A program made the translations under genes and the position numbers. Shown piece after piece: positions 25,167 through 38,001 of a stretch of DNA of 64,000 bases (positions within the stretch are counted from its first letter, which is position 1; each line of letters opens with the position of its first letter). The stretch is from Felis catus (Eukaryota): the NCBI RefSeq assembly GCF_018350175.1, contig NC_058369.1, positions 12,588,001 to 12,652,000 of the forward strand. Direction: 5' to 3'. Under the pieces are notes generated by a model. It ran no database searches. It was not told the DNA's origin and saw nothing but the letters and a program-made list of their open reading frames with translations.

Positions 25167-25911
25167 GTGCCCTCCCGATTCTGGCTGTCCCGCCTGCTAC
25201 AAGCAGGTTCCCTGGAGCCCGTTAGTGCTCTTTGTCCCCGGTGTGATTGGGGGGGGGGGGGGAGCGGGGCCCCAGGCTGGCTTGCGGTGGTTTCCAGCCT
25301 TTTCTTCATTTCCCCGTTCCGCTCTTGAGCGAAAACCACAACTGGGAATAATTGTGTCCTTCTAGAACTTTCCACCAAGCACATAATCATCAAAACGAGA
25401 AAAGGAGCTATTTTAAAGCACAAATAGGATTGTCCTATGGCAGGGCTTGCCTTTTACATAGTAGTACATTTTGGAAAACTTTCTGACCTGGTGAACAGGT
25501 TATTAATTAAATGGCTGCCCTTGGCCAGATGCTGTGCTCGGCCCTGGGGTTGCAGAGCTGAGCGAGGCTGACAGAGCCCCTTCTCTTGGGGCTTGCAGTC
25601 AAGCAAGAGAGCCCAGTAGTTAACCTAGCAACTACCCAGAGTGTGGTCAGGGCCATGGGCCAGGACAGGGAGGAGGTGCTAGGGCAGCGATATTTCGAAA
25701 CCACAAAAGCAGCCACGTTGCTTCTACAGAGCCCGTGCTCCCCGCCTTCCTCTTTTCTTCAGCACAGAACCCACTGCCCAGGCCAGGGGCTGGCTGTCCC
25801 GAGTTAGGAACGCACCCGGCTGGATCTGTGGGTGGCTGCCAGGCTGCCCGTGCAGGGGTGACGGGTGGGTGCCCCTGGTTGTCCCCATGCTGAGCTCCTC
25901 TGACCCCACAG

Positions 25912-26095
25912 GCTGAAGGCCAAGGAGGAGGAGTGGCGGGAGGCCCAGCAGGGCTTCAACAAGATCTGGCGGGAGCAGTACGAGAAGGCATATCTCAAGT
26001 CCCTGGACCATCAGGCCGTGAACTTCAAACAGAACGACACCAAGGCCCTCCGCTCCAAGAGCTTGCTCAATGAGATCGAGAGTGTCTATGACGAG
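25912..26095 (+). CDS. SIN3B: SIN3B exon 12
   Basis: ccacag|GCTG..GAG|gtgagg; [61 protein letters not shown]; 184 nt. Confidence 0.96.
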
Positions 26096-26307
26096 GTGAG
26101 GCCCTCCGCCCAGGTCTGAGCCAGCAAGTGGTCCTGCCCCTCCGCTCCCGGCCCTCCCGGTCTCAGGCAGGCAGCTGGGTCTCGGTGCCTCTGTTTCCCC
26201 AGCGTCACCCTGGCTTTGTAGGGCTAGAATGGATGCTTCTGTGGCACTCAGCCTGGAGCTAGTCCGGGGGGAGGATTGTAGCAGTTCTGCCGTTGCTGGC
26301 AAAGGGC

Positions 26308-26382
26308 TCTCCCCTCCCCTCCTTCCCTCCCCTCCCCTCCTTCCCTCCCCTCCCCTCCTTCCTTCCCCTTCCCTCCTTCCTT
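26308..26382 (+). repeat. Polypyrimidine 18-bp tandem repeat, ~4 copies
   Basis: unit cctcccctcccctccttc. Confidence 0.85.
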
Positions 26383-27550
26383 ACCCACTGGGCCTTGCTC
26401 GACCTTCCTTCAGGCAAATGATAACAGCGGCTTTCCTTTCTCTGCTGCCAGCTGTGTGCCAGGCACAGGTAGACCCTAAGAAGGAACGTTCCATCGAACT
26501 CGTACAGACTTTATGATGCAGTACCATTATCTTCCTGGTCTTAGCAGTGAGGAAACTGAGGCACGAGAGGTGGCCACTTGCCAAAGCCAGCCACAGGAGT
26601 CCAGGCCCTAGGGCTCCGCCTCTAGCCGCTGCCCTGTGCCTTTTTGCCAGCTCTGGTACATTCAGGCTCATGGGGCCTGCACCACAGAACTGAGGCAGGG
26701 CTGAGCTCCAGGCTTTGAGGATTTAGGCATCAAAAACACTCGTGCAGGGAGTGAGTGACTTGGCGAGAGCCTGTGATCGAAGCCCCTTCTGTCCTGCCTG
26801 CCTCCCCTGGGCTACCCTTGGCCCTGTAGGGCCCACCTGCAGGTCATCTGGTCTCTTTGCTCTGATCCTTGAGTGGGTCCTTAAGGCCTGAGAACACCGC
26901 GCCCCCCCCCCCCCCCCGCCCCAGCAGGGTGCACGGTTCATCATCAGAATGAGAATTGACGAGGTGACACGTGAGATGAACCTCAGTCACCACAGAGTTC
27001 CTTCGCTCTTTCCCTGGGGGCTGAGGGAAAAGGAGCCCAGCGCTCTGTGTGGGACCCGAGGTTGGCCCACCAGCCTGGCAGGCTCCGCATGCCGCAGGCC
27101 CTTCGTGTGTAGGGAGGTCGGCCCCTCGCTGCATTGTGGCTTAGTAGAGACCAGTTCTGTATTCCACACGTGGAGCTTGCGCTGAGAAAAGGAGTTAAAA
27201 AGATTTTCCAGGGCATCTGGGGCACAGATGCGAGAGGGACTCCAAAAGCAGCAGGAGGAAGGAGGTCCCATCAGAGCCGGGAGACGGGCTGAGTGTCCGC
27301 ACCACCCGTGTGCCAGCTCCCAGGACTCCCGCCAGCACGGAGGGAAGGAGAGCTCGGGCTGCTGCACAGTTCAGTGTCCCTAAGGGAGCCTGACCTCTGG
27401 TGGACACATGGGGCGCCCACCCCAGAAAGCCACGGTCCTGGCCCGACCCGTTTTCTGTTGGTCACTTGCTCTGTGGTGGTTCAGGGAGCCCCTTCAGTGC
27501 TACACCCTGGACTGCTCACCCAGAGGTGAGGATCCATGCTCACTTTTTCC

Positions 27551-27776
27551 TTTTTTTTAATTTTTTTATTTTTTAACATTTTTATTTTTGAGAGAGAGAG
27601 CGGGCGTGTGCGCCTGTGGGGGAGGGGCAGAGAGGGAGACACAGAATCAGAAGCAGGTTCCAGGCTCTGAGCTGTCAGCACAGATCCCGGTGTGGGGCTC
27701 GAACCCATGAATCACGGGATCATGACCTGAGCTGGAGTCGGATGCTTAACTGACTGAGCCACTCAAGCCACCCCCA
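27551..27776 (-). mobile_element. CanSINE
   Basis: TSD gctcactttttc at 27538 and 27778. Confidence 0.9.
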
Positions 27777-28350
27777 GGCTCACTTTTTCTGAGAGCCTGG
27801 GTTCATCGGCCTTGGGGCTGGGGCTGGGTGCTGCCCAGGAGAGCACGTCGTTGGGGGCTGACATCAGCAGGCAGCTCGAGGCAGTCTGGACAAAGTGTGA
27901 CCGTCTTCAGGTTTGCAGGAAGAAAAGTCGTTAGCTGGATAAAGACTGAGGGAAGGAGTGAGCCCAGGGCTTTGGTTTTCCGGGGCAAAAGAGCAGAGGG
28001 GCACGTTCAAAGGTTCTGCGCACAGCAGGAGCTCAGCACCCCTGAGGCAACGAAAGAGGCTGGGGGTGGGGGGTGCCATAGGACCACGTGCCAGGGATGG
28101 GGGTCCTGTCATGAGCAGTGCAGCAAGGCCCAGAGTGATGTGATAGGACTGACCGCACTCTTATAGGTCAAGTCACTCTGGACCCAGGGAGGACAGTGGT
28201 TGGAGCGGGCTGCTGAACGGGACGGGGCAGGCAGGAGGTGTGGGCTGCACCAGACCAGAGCGTGATGCCCTTAGAGCCCTGTGGCCCCGGGTGCCCCACC
28301 TCAGACAGCCCAGCTGGTCACTCCTGCCTGATGGCCCCCTTGTGCCCCAG

Positions 28351-28954
28351 CACCAGGAGCAGCACTCGGAGGGCCGTAGCGCCCCCTCCAGCGAGCCGCA
28401 CCTCGTCTTCGTGTACGAGGACAGGCAGATCCTCGAGGACGCCGCCGCCCTCATCAGCTACTACGTGAAGCGGCAGCCGGCCATCCAGAAGGAGGACCAG
28501 GGCACCATCCACCAGCTGGTGCACCAGTTCGTGCCCAGCCTCTTCTTCTCCCAGCAGCTGGACCCGGGGGCGTCCGAGGACTCCGCCGACGAGGGCCGGG
28601 GCAGCCCCCAGGGCCAGAGCGCGGAGCCCGGTGACCGGAAGAAGCCGGCGCCCGGGCCGCAGAGCGGTCCCCCGGAGGAGAAGGGGGCCGCGGGCGAGGC
28701 GCCCGCCCCCGAGCAGGCGCCGCAGCGGCACAAGCCCCTGGACGACGTGTACAGCCTCTTCTTCGCCAACAACAACTGGTACTTCTTCCTGCGCCTGCAC
28801 CAGACCCTGTGCTCCCGGCTGCTCAAGATCTACCGCCAGGCGCAGAAGCAGCTGCTGGAGTATCGGACGGAGAAGGAGAGGGAGAAGGTGCTGTGTGAGG
28901 GCCGCCGGGAGAAGGGCAACGACCCCGCCATGGAGCTGCGGCTGAAGCAGCCAA
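28351..28954 (+). CDS. SIN3B: SIN3B exon 13
   Basis: ccccag|CAC..CCAA|gtaagc; [54 protein letters not shown]; 604 nt. Confidence 0.96.
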
Positions 28955-29156
28955 GTAAGCTCCGGGGTCCCCGGGGTGGCACGCGGGTGCTGGCGGCCAC
29001 CAACAGGGCGGGGGGGGGGGGGGGGCGGCGCCAGGCGGCCAGTCGGACGCGTCCCGGCACCTCGGGCCGGTGTTAGGGAGCCGGTGGCCGGAGGCGAGGG
29101 CCCCACGCGTGTCTGGCCCCCGGTGACCGCGCCCCCCGCGCCCCCCACGCCCCCAG

Positions 29157-29326
29157 GCGAGGTGGAGCTGGAGGAGTACTACCCCGCCTTCCTGGACATG
29201 GTGCGGAGCCTGCTGGAGGGCAGCATCGACCCCACGCAGTACGAGGACACCCTGCGCGAGATGTTCACCATCCACGCCTACGTGGGCTTCACCATGGACA
29301 AGCTGGTGCAGAGCATCGCCAGGCAG
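29157..29326 (+). CDS. SIN3B: SIN3B exon 14
   Basis: ccccag|GCGAG..CAG|gtgagc; [56 protein letters not shown]; 170 nt. Confidence 0.96.
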
Positions 29327-29414
29327 GTGAGCGGGCGCGGGCAGGCGGCGACGGGGACGGTGCGGCCCCTCCCGGAGAGTCTGCGCGGTCGGCCCCAGGG
29401 CAGCAGCACCTCTC

Positions 29415-30270
29415 CTTTGTAGCTTCAGCGGAGTGGAATTCACGGCACACAAAATGCAGTTCAGTGGCATTCAGTGCGCTCACCGTGTCGTGCGGCCACC
29501 GCGTGCCCCTCCCCCGGTCCCTGGCCACCGCCAGTCTGCCTTCTGTCCCTGCGGATCTGCCTGCTCTGGGCGTTTCGCGTAAATGGAATCCCACGCCGTG
29601 GCCTTTTGTGTCTGGCTTCTCTCAAACTCCGTATGGTGTTTTCCAGGTTCAGCCACGTTGTGATGTGTGTCATTGCTTCGCTCCCTCGTGTGGCTGCCTC
29701 CCGTCGTGTGGATGGACCATACTCGTCCGTCCACGCATCTGGGGGTGGCCACTTTGCTCGTTGCCACCTTTTGGCGATTGTGAACAGTGCTGTGAACACG
29801 GGTGTACAAGGATTCGTTTGACTCCTCGGTGACAGATCTTTTTCTTTTGTTTGTTTATTTTTGAGAGAGAGACAGAGCGTGAGGGGGGAGGGACAGAGAG
29901 AGAGGGAGACAGAATCCGAAGCAGGCTCCGGGCTCCGAGCTGTCCGCGCAGAGCCCGACATGGGGCTCAAACTCACGGACCGTGAGATCATGACCTGAGC
30001 CGAAGTTGGACACTCAACCGACTGAGCCCCCCGGGCGCCCGACAGACCTTTCTTAAAGGTAATTTGGCAACACGTAAAGAACCATAGGCCAGGGACACCG
30101 GCAGGGGCGGGGGCAGCCAGTTAAGTGTCCCACCCTTGGTGTCAGCTCAGGTTATGATCTCATGGTTTGTGGGTTTGAACCTGCCTGGGATTCTCTCTCT
30201 CCCCCTCTCTCTGCCCCTCTCCTGCTCACTCATCCTCTCTCTCAAAATAAATAAACTCTTAAAAAATCAG
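29415..30270. mobile_element. L1M 3' fragment (-), CanSINE (- , ~29842-30040) and degenerate CanSINE (+, ~30100-30265)
   Basis: L1 3'UTR motifs; gacaga(t/c)cttt duplicated around the first SINE. Confidence 0.8.
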
Positions 30271-32119
30271 TTAATTTAAAAAAAGAATTGTAGCCCACTT
30301 CTGGAGGGAGAATATCGGGGACATGTATTAGCATCGCTTATAAGAGCAAAAGTCACCCAGAGTTGAGTGTCACCAAGAGAGAACAGTCATGCTAATAATA
30401 TACACAGCAATACCCCAGGTGAGTCAGATGTGGTCTTGGGACGCTAGTCCTGCTCAGTTACACCAGAACAGTTGTCGTTCATCCTGACTTTGTTTCCTAT
30501 TTATCGAGTAAGGCTGTTTGCTGTAAAGCCGCAGAGAAGCCGAGGAAAGTAGCGTCCCAAGTCTCCTGCCCAGATACAGTTGCTTTCCTTTCCCGCCAAA
30601 GTAGAACACACACAGAACTGTGCCCCGATCCCACGCATGCGGCTCAGTGGGTGGTCACGAACAGCCCCAGCGCTGCCTCCTTTCAGCGCCCCTCCCCCCC
30701 CCCCCACCTACAGGCACCCACGCCCCTGGTTTCGAGCTTTGTGTCTGTGTGCATCTGGCCACACCCCGCCAGTGTGATTCTGTGAGATTCCTCGGCCGAG
30801 ATGCCTGAGCCCCCTTCCGCCTCTGCCTGGGAAGGACGGTGGGAATGAGCCCCTGTTTAGACCCTCGAAGTTGCCATCCGTTCATTTCCACCACTCCCCC
30901 CGGCCCGGGGTGGGGCGCAGGCAGGCTTCCCGGGGTGCACAGAGTCCTTCCTGGGGCTCAGGATCGGTGGCCTCTCCACCCTCACGGGCCAAACGGTGGT
31001 GACTGTTGTGGCTTATGTTGCATTTCCCTGAAGGTTTGTGGGGTGGGGCCTTTGCGTCCCTCTGTGGCCATGCGGACGTCCTGGCTTGAGGGCCCTGTCT
31101 GTGCCATTTGGCCGTTCCCCGTGGAGCCCACCTTTTCCCCCACCGATGAGCGGGGGGCTTTGCGTCTTCTCGGTGGTTGCTGGGACGCATCACCACAGAC
31201 ACCCGTGCTCTGAGACCCCAACTAACCCTTTTGGTTTTGGCCACCTCCCCGTTTCCCTCTGTGTCCCGGGCTGGGTCTTTGTCCTTTCCTGTCTCTCTCT
31301 CTCTCTCTGGTCGTGACCTCTGTAGACGTGTGCAGAGGAAGCAAGCACCCAGGGCCTGTGCATGGCTCCGGGCGACAGGGATGCCAGGTGCGCGTCCCCA
31401 GGCCGAGCGTCCCGCCTGCCCCCGGCAGGGCACAGCTCTGGGGACAGTAGCCTTGACTTTAGCACCTAGAGGTTGGACCCAACCAGATACTCTGATTAAT
31501 GTTTGTTTGTTTAATTATCCTTTCCACAAACGTCTCCTGTGGAACTCCCTTCCATTTTCTTTACCAGCAGCCAACGTTCGCTGGGAACTTGTCACGTGAC
31601 AGGCATCGTGTGAGACTTCCGTGCGTCCACACGGTGTCTTTATTCAACAAAGCAGCACGTGGGGAAGACTCCCGAACCCCGAGCCTGTAGCAGCCTGTCC
31701 GGACCGCGGCTGGTGCCCTGAGGCCCCGGCTCACCTGCGCGGTCCGACCTGCCGCCCGGCCGCGTCCCTTACCCACCTTCTCCTAAGCCTCAAGGTTGCA
31801 AGTGTGTTTATAGCGGTTGAAAGAACTCACTGTGTTTATAGCGGAACGCTGAGGGAGACGTGACGTGCCACCGTGGCACCTTTAATTACCGTCCCCACTC
31901 TGGCACCTTTTCTTCTGTGTTTTTTTTTTTTCTGTGTGTTTCTCGTGCCCCGGCAGGGCTCGTGGGTCTGGGCCGGGCTGCCCCTGGCCTCCACGCCCAA
32001 CCTCGCGCGCTTTGCCGGCGTCCCCTCCGGGTGAGGCGGGGGCTGGGGTTCCAGCCGCACCCCTCCCCGCTCCTGGGGGCACGCGCGCCGGGCACCCACT
32101 GGCTCTCCCTCCCTGCCAG

Positions 32120-32293
32120 CTGCACCACCTCGTGAGTGACGACGTCTGTCTGAAGGTGGTGGAGCTCTACCTGAACGAGAAGAAGCGGGGCGCCGCGGGG
32201 GGGAACCTGTCCTCCCGCTGCGTCCGTGCCTCCAGGGAGACCAGCTACCAGTGGAAGGCCGAACGGTGCATGGCTGACGAGAACTGCTTCAAG
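32120..32293 (+). CDS. SIN3B: SIN3B exon 15
   Basis: tgccag|CTG..AAG|gtgcgg; [58 protein letters not shown]; 174 nt. Confidence 0.96.
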
Positions 32294-32537
32294 GTGCGGG
32301 GCTCGCGCGAGGCTGGGGCCGCGAGGAGGGCACCCGCAGCGGGGGAGGACGGGCCGCGTCGCCGCGGCCCGAGAGCCGGGCTGGGCCTGGGCCCTCCCTC
32401 GGCCGCCCGCCTGCCCGACCCCACACGCTTCTCCTGTTCGGCCCCTGGAGGCTGGGGAGGGCCGTCACCGATGACCTCGCAGGCCTCGTTCTGGGCTCTT
32501 CCGCGGCGTCGGGCTGTTCACCCTCCTTCTTCCCCAG

Positions 32538-32630
32538 GTCATGTTCCTGCAGCGCACAGGGCAGGTGGTCATGACCATCGAGCTTCTGGACACCGAGGAG
32601 GCCCAGACGGAGGACCCCGTGGAGGTCCAG
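32538..32630 (+). CDS. SIN3B: SIN3B exon 16
   Basis: ccccag|GTC..CAG|gtgaga; [31 protein letters not shown]; 93 nt. Confidence 0.95.
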
Positions 32631-33627
32631 GTGAGAGCCGTGGCCCCCTGCTCTGCGCCTGGTACACGCCGCGGGCCCCTGCCCCCCCCCCCCCCCCCGG
32701 GAGCCCTGTGCACACGCTGGCCGAGCACAGGCTGCGGAAGGCCCACCCGGAGAAGCCCCACCATGCGGCCTGAACGCTGTCCTTGGAAGCCTCGGAGGGG
32801 CTGGTCAGCACACGTGCCTTCAGGAGCCAGTCCTCCGAAACCCTGCTCCTGGCTCTTCCACCTGCTGCAAATACCGTGGCAGGTCCACCTTGGGCCCGCG
32901 GCCCACATGCTCGCTCAGACACCGTGGCGTGTGACCCTTCACTCCCAAGCACGAGGGCCGGAGAGCTGGATCCCGGTCCCCGACCCCAGGAGAGATCCCC
33001 GGGCCCACACTCTGAGCTGCACGTGGTGCCTCCTTCACCAGCACCACGGCCAGCAGGGGTGGGGAGCATCCTCACAGCACCCCATCCTGCACGCTTCAGG
33101 CCTCCCCGCAGGGTGGGGGCTGCACACCCGGCCCCTTCCAGAAGTTGCCTTCCAGAAGGCCTGAGTCCGGAGGAGCCTCTGGCTCTCACAGGGTGGGAGC
33201 AGATAAAGGGTCACTTGGACGCTGCGGGCCGTGCCCACCCCCGACCTGTGGCCCCTGCTCACCCCCTTGCCCTGCTGCTCGTGTCTTGATGTCGTTCCTG
33301 CTCCCCAGACCCTCCTGTCCTCTGCGTGAGGGCCCCGTTACCCATGTGAGCTTGCCACATGACGGATACAGCAGGGATATTACCCGGCAGGGATTTACCC
33401 ACGTAAGCACGAGATGCCACGAGCGTCTAACTCCTGGCTCTACACGAGTGCTTTATCCACAGCTGCCGTCTGGCGCTTTCCGTCACGCGTCAGGCTCCCC
33501 GGGAGCTGCCATCCTCCTAAAGCTTTGCGGGGCGGGAACGAAGTCCCTGAACGCCCCTGAGCTCCGGGTGTCCGGTGACAGAGGTCTGTGCCTCCAGTGA
33601 CACGGGCCCGCCTCCCTCTCCCCGCAG

Positions 33628-33722
33628 CACCTGGCTCGGTACGTGGAGCAGTACGTGGGGACCGAGGGGGCGTCCAGCTCGCCCACCGAGGGCTTCCTCC
33701 TGAAGCCCGTGTTCCTGCAGAG
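33628..33722 (+). CDS. SIN3B: SIN3B exon 17
   Basis: ccgcag|CAC..AG|gtgaga; [32 protein letters not shown]; 95 nt. Confidence 0.95.
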
Positions 33723-33955
33723 GTGAGAGGCCCTCCGGACGCGGTTCCCTCCCGCGGGCCCCGGGCGGCCCCTCCCGCCGCCGTCAGCACCAGGGCCCGA
33801 CCGGCTTTTACTTTTCACCGCACGGAAGGGTTGGGGGGGCGGGGTGGCTTTCGTCGCTTCAGTTTGCCTCTCTCCGACTCCGGGGAGGTCGGCGTCTCCC
33901 GATGCCTGCGGGTCGTGAGGGGCTCCCAGCCTGCGCGTCCTCCTCTCGCCTCCAG

Positions 33956-34160
33956 GAACCTCAAGAAGTTCCGCAGGTGGCAGTGTGAGCAGGTGCGCGC
34001 CCTGCGCGGCGAGGCCAAGACCTCCTGGAAGCGGCTGGTCGGGGTGGAGAGCGCCTGCAACGTGGACTGCCGCTTCAAGCTCAGCACCCACAAGATGATG
34101 TTCATCGTCAACTCCGAGGACTACATGTACCGCCGCGGGACCCTCTGCCGGGCCAAGCAG
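33956..34160 (+). CDS. SIN3B: SIN3B exon 18
   Basis: ctccag|GAAC..CAG|gtgccc; [68 protein letters not shown]; 205 nt. Confidence 0.95.
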
Positions 34161-34272
34161 GTGCCCCCTCCGCCCCCGCCCACGGCCGGGGAACCTGGGG
34201 CGCGGTCCGGGGGGTGCCGGGGCCCCTAAGACCCGGCCCGCGGCCGACCGCCCTCCCCGCCCCCTTGCGCAG

Positions 34273-34503
34273 GTGCAGCCCCTGGTTCTGCTGCGGCACC
34301 ACCAGCACTTCGAGGAGTGGCACGGCCGCTGGCTGGAGGACAACGTGACGGTGGAGGCGGCCGGCCTGGTGCAGGACTGGCTGATGGGCGAGGAGGACGA
34401 GGACATGGTGCCCTGCAAGACGCTGTGTGAGACGGCGCACGTGCACGGCCTGCCCGTGACCCGCTACCGAGTGCAGTACAGCCGCCGCCCCGCCTCCCCC
34501 TGA
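34273..34503 (+). CDS. SIN3B: SIN3B last coding exon with stop
   Basis: gcgcag|[44 protein letters not shown]. Confidence 0.96.
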   Translation: MQPLVLLRHHQHFEEWHGRWLEDNVTVEAAGLVQDWLMGEEDEDMVPCKTLCETAHVHGLPVTRYRVQYSRRPASP

Positions 34504-36207
34504 CGCGCTGCGTGGGCGCCGTGACCCGCGGCTTGGCGCGGCCACTCCCTCGGCCCGGGTGTCCCTCGGGGGCACTCTGATGAACGACCTGAGGGGGCCG
34601 AGCGTCCCTCAGCCTTGCTGCTACAGGCCACGAGCTCCGGAGAAGGGCGGGGTTGTGCTAGCTCGTGGCCCCGAGCTGCCGTCCCCCTGGCTCCCCTGCT
34701 TCCTTTGGGCCCGTTCTGTGCCAAACCCGAACCCTTCCTGCACCCGAACTCTGGGGGCTCAGTCCCTGCTGGAAGGGGGAAGATCGACACGCCGGCCAGG
34801 GAGCAAGTGATTGCGCTGATGCACCTGCTGGACCGCCTTCCATCACACGTGCCAAATCCCCAGGCGGGGGGGCACCTCCGGTCCTTTGTCCCTACGGTGT
34901 CTGGGAGAGTCAGCGATGAACCAGTGCCGGGCGTGTGGGGTGGGGGGAGGGAGTCGGCGTTCAGGAGACCCCAGCATCGAAGGAGTTGGGCCTGGGCGGA
35001 CCTGCTTGAAAAGCATGTCCTTCCTGAATGGTTCTGAGAACTTCTGGAAACTTCCTAAGCTGGGCCATGCCTGCATCTGATAGTTTGGGCACGGGCTCGG
35101 CCCGGCTGAGGCTTGGGGTCCTTGGTCACTCTGAGACCAGGAAGAACCCTTTCAGCCAAACCGTTGAGATCCTGCTTTGACGTCAAGATGCGGAGTGGGC
35201 AGGCGGCACCAGAACTGTCTGGAAGAACCCACTCTGGGAAAAATGAGACTCCAGATCCTGTGTTGTCCTGGTGGCCACACTGCAGGCTCTTGAGGGGAGG
35301 GGCTCAGCCTGCAACTCCCGCCGGGCTCACGTGGCCCCACACCTGGGGTGCGGTCCTGTACCTAGGATGGCCCTTCTAGAAATATATATATGCACACACG
35401 TATTTATTCATAAGCTCTCTTAGTGGTTGTAACTTCTGCAGTCAGCCGCGTCCCACCGTTTCTTGGGCAGTAGAGCCCTCCTCGTGGAATTCTGCAGTTG
35501 TGCCCTTAACGCTGCCGCCCTACCTGCGGCCACCTCCGGGAGAGGGTGTGGGCACGAGGGGCTGAGGCAGCCGTCCTGCAGAGGCGTCCAAGGCCTTCTG
35601 TGCCGCGAATGCCGAGCGGTTCGGGCTGGGGACCAGCTCTTCAAAATGCTTGCACCGTGAGGAGCCCTGGCCGGGCTCCCGGCACCATCAGAGTGGGATC
35701 AACCAACGGGGGCCCGGAACCGTCTCCTTGTGGCCTCGTTTCTGCCCGGCGGCCTCCCTCACCCCCTAAAACTGCGCTGTGCCAAATCCGCCGTTCTGGG
35801 AAGTGGAGATGTGTTTCTAGAAGTTTCTAGAAGTTACCTGTGGAACTCAAGGTTTGCAAAGCCTCTGACTCGGGGCCTGGGCGAGTCCAAGGCCGGTGTG
35901 TCTGCCCAGGGTCTCCCAGCCCGTGTTTGCTCGAGTGTGCCAGGCACTTTGTCCACATCCTTGTTTTTTGTAAGAAGGGAACTTTCGGAATTCCTGAACC
36001 AGACCCTCTCGGCAGCCATCCTCCCCGGGAGCCCGCGGCCCCTTCCGTGCCTCCGCGTGGGCCTGGGGTGCGGGCCAGACCCCACCGAGCCCCACCCTGC
36101 ATGCTTCTAGGGAGCGTCTCTTCTGTTTTTGAAGAATTTCTCTTCTGGGGCTTGTACTTCCTTTGCAGCTGTTTTGAATGTAGTTTTCCTTTTCTATTTA
36201 TTTGCAC

Positions 36208-36226
36208 ATTAAAGTTAAATATTAAA
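36208..36226 (+). terminator. SIN3B: Probable SIN3B polyadenylation signals (two ATTAAA)
   Basis: ATTAAA at 36208 and 36221 after a U-rich stretch, ~1.7 kb past the stop, in otherwise GC-rich DNA. Confidence 0.7.
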
Positions 36227-37776
36227 TATTGACCTAAATCTATGAGACGCCCTCAGTCATTTCTTGTCAGCGAACCCACAGGGGGCGTCTGCACCTGCGC
36301 TCCAGTGGTTCCCAAACACCAAGTGCGGAACCCTCCCCGACACCGCCTCCGCAGGAAGGTCCTGATCCCCGCCCCCCCCCCCCCCGTGGGTGTCTCCCCA
36401 CCCTGAGTTTTCTGGAACGTTCGTTCCCAACTCAGTTTTTGTAGTCAGTAGAAAGGAGAGGTGTTGCCTTCAGCGTGGTGCGGGGGAAGCCTAGTTTAAA
36501 GACAGTGGTGTTCACTCTGAGCTTCCTCCACTCGCCCAGCGAGCCAGCGAGGGGTGTTTCCCCTCCCCTCCCTCTCAGTGCCCACTGCCAGGCCTCACCT
36601 CCCAGTTCGGAGCTAAGTCCGCGCTGCCCACCTGACCAGTCCTCTCCCAGGTGGTGTCCCCAGCCTCCCCGAGTGGCCGTCGGTACTTTCCAGGGGCCCC
36701 CTCTGCCCATGGGTACCCCCCACACACATCAACGCCCCTGGTGCTGCACGACTCCCCCTCCGGAGAGCCAGGGCTCCCGGGGAGTTGGGTGAGCGAGGCT
36801 TGTTACTGTCCCAGATTCCTCCTGCCTCGAGCCCAGGATCCAGGACCCTCTGTGCCCACAGACCGGCCATCCGGTCAGAAGCTCTGGGAGGGGTGTCCTG
36901 ACGGCGGTGGGGGGGAGGTCCTGGGGTGCAAGCCATGGCAGCTTCCGGGCCGGACACCCGGCCCCAGGAGTGGGAGGGGCCTCTGGCTGTGATCAGGCTC
37001 CCGAAGGAGAAACAGGAGAGGGTCTTCTGCTGGCCCCGTTGGGAAGGGGGCACGACCCGTGCTGATGTGGACAGACCTGACCCTGTGGACACCTACCTAG
37101 CCTGCAGCCTGGTGGGGCCCTGGGCACGGAACCAGCCCACCGTGCCCGGACTCCTCACCCACGGAAGGACCCGTTATTCCAAGCCACTGTGGTTATGCCA
37201 CAGTAAGGAACAACCAGCCCTGTGTCCTAACCACCCTGCACCCCCCTCCCTAAATCCTTCACGTCTGGGGAGTGCTCGTAGGCTGCCCTCCCTTCCCCAG
37301 AATCGTGGAGGGAGCAGTGGTGGAGGGAAGCAGGCGTGTGATGCTTGGGGGGGGGGGGCGGGGGTCCAGTGGGGCCTCGTGAACATTTCTTCTCTTATTC
37401 TGTCATTAATGAGGTGTTTGTCTCACTGGCTATTTTGCAAGGTCTAAGCAGCACTCTACCCCTGATGTCCTGGCCGAGAAGGAGGCCGATTGTTCTGAAA
37501 AGCAAGTTGCTTTTCAGGTGGGCACCCACCTGCCTCCAAAGCACAACATAAATCACAATCTGCACGAAGATGGTACCCCGAGAAGCGTTGTATTGGGAGG
37601 ACCCGAGGCATCTCTTAACTGGTCAGGAGATGCACTGACCTCCAGCTTCCGCTAGAGACCGTGAGCCCGGCCAGGACAGGCTCTGGGGGCTCCTGGGGGT
37701 CCAGGCGGGGCTGGAAGCTGAAGAAATCCAGGACCAGCTGCCGACTCGGATCTGCTTTTTTCCCCCCACCATTTTA

Positions 37777-37985
37777 TAAATTTTTTTTTTCAACGTTTAT
37801 TTTTGGGACAGAGAGAGAGCATGAACGGGCGAGGGGCAGAGAGAGAGGGAGACACAGAATCGGAAACAGGCTCCAGGCTCTGAGCCATCAGCCCAGAGCC
37901 CGACGCGGGGCTCGAACTCACGGACCGCGAGATCGTGACCTGGCTGAAGTCGGACGCTTAACCGACTGCGCCACCCAGGCGCCCC
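37777..37985 (-). mobile_element. Young felid CanSINE with 16-bp TSD
   Basis: TSD tccccccaccatttta at 37761-37776 and 37986-38001; near-identical to the 9446-9663 copy. Confidence 0.95.
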
Positions 37986-38001
37986 TCCCCCCACCATTTT
38001 A

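Noticed and set aside
28318..29470. Antisense ORFs of 276 and 215 aa over SIN3B exons 13-14
   Set aside because: Stop-poor GC-rich antisense of real exons.
33483..34418. 311-aa minus-strand ORF
   Set aside because: Antisense to SIN3B exons 17-19 and GC-rich introns; no independent support.
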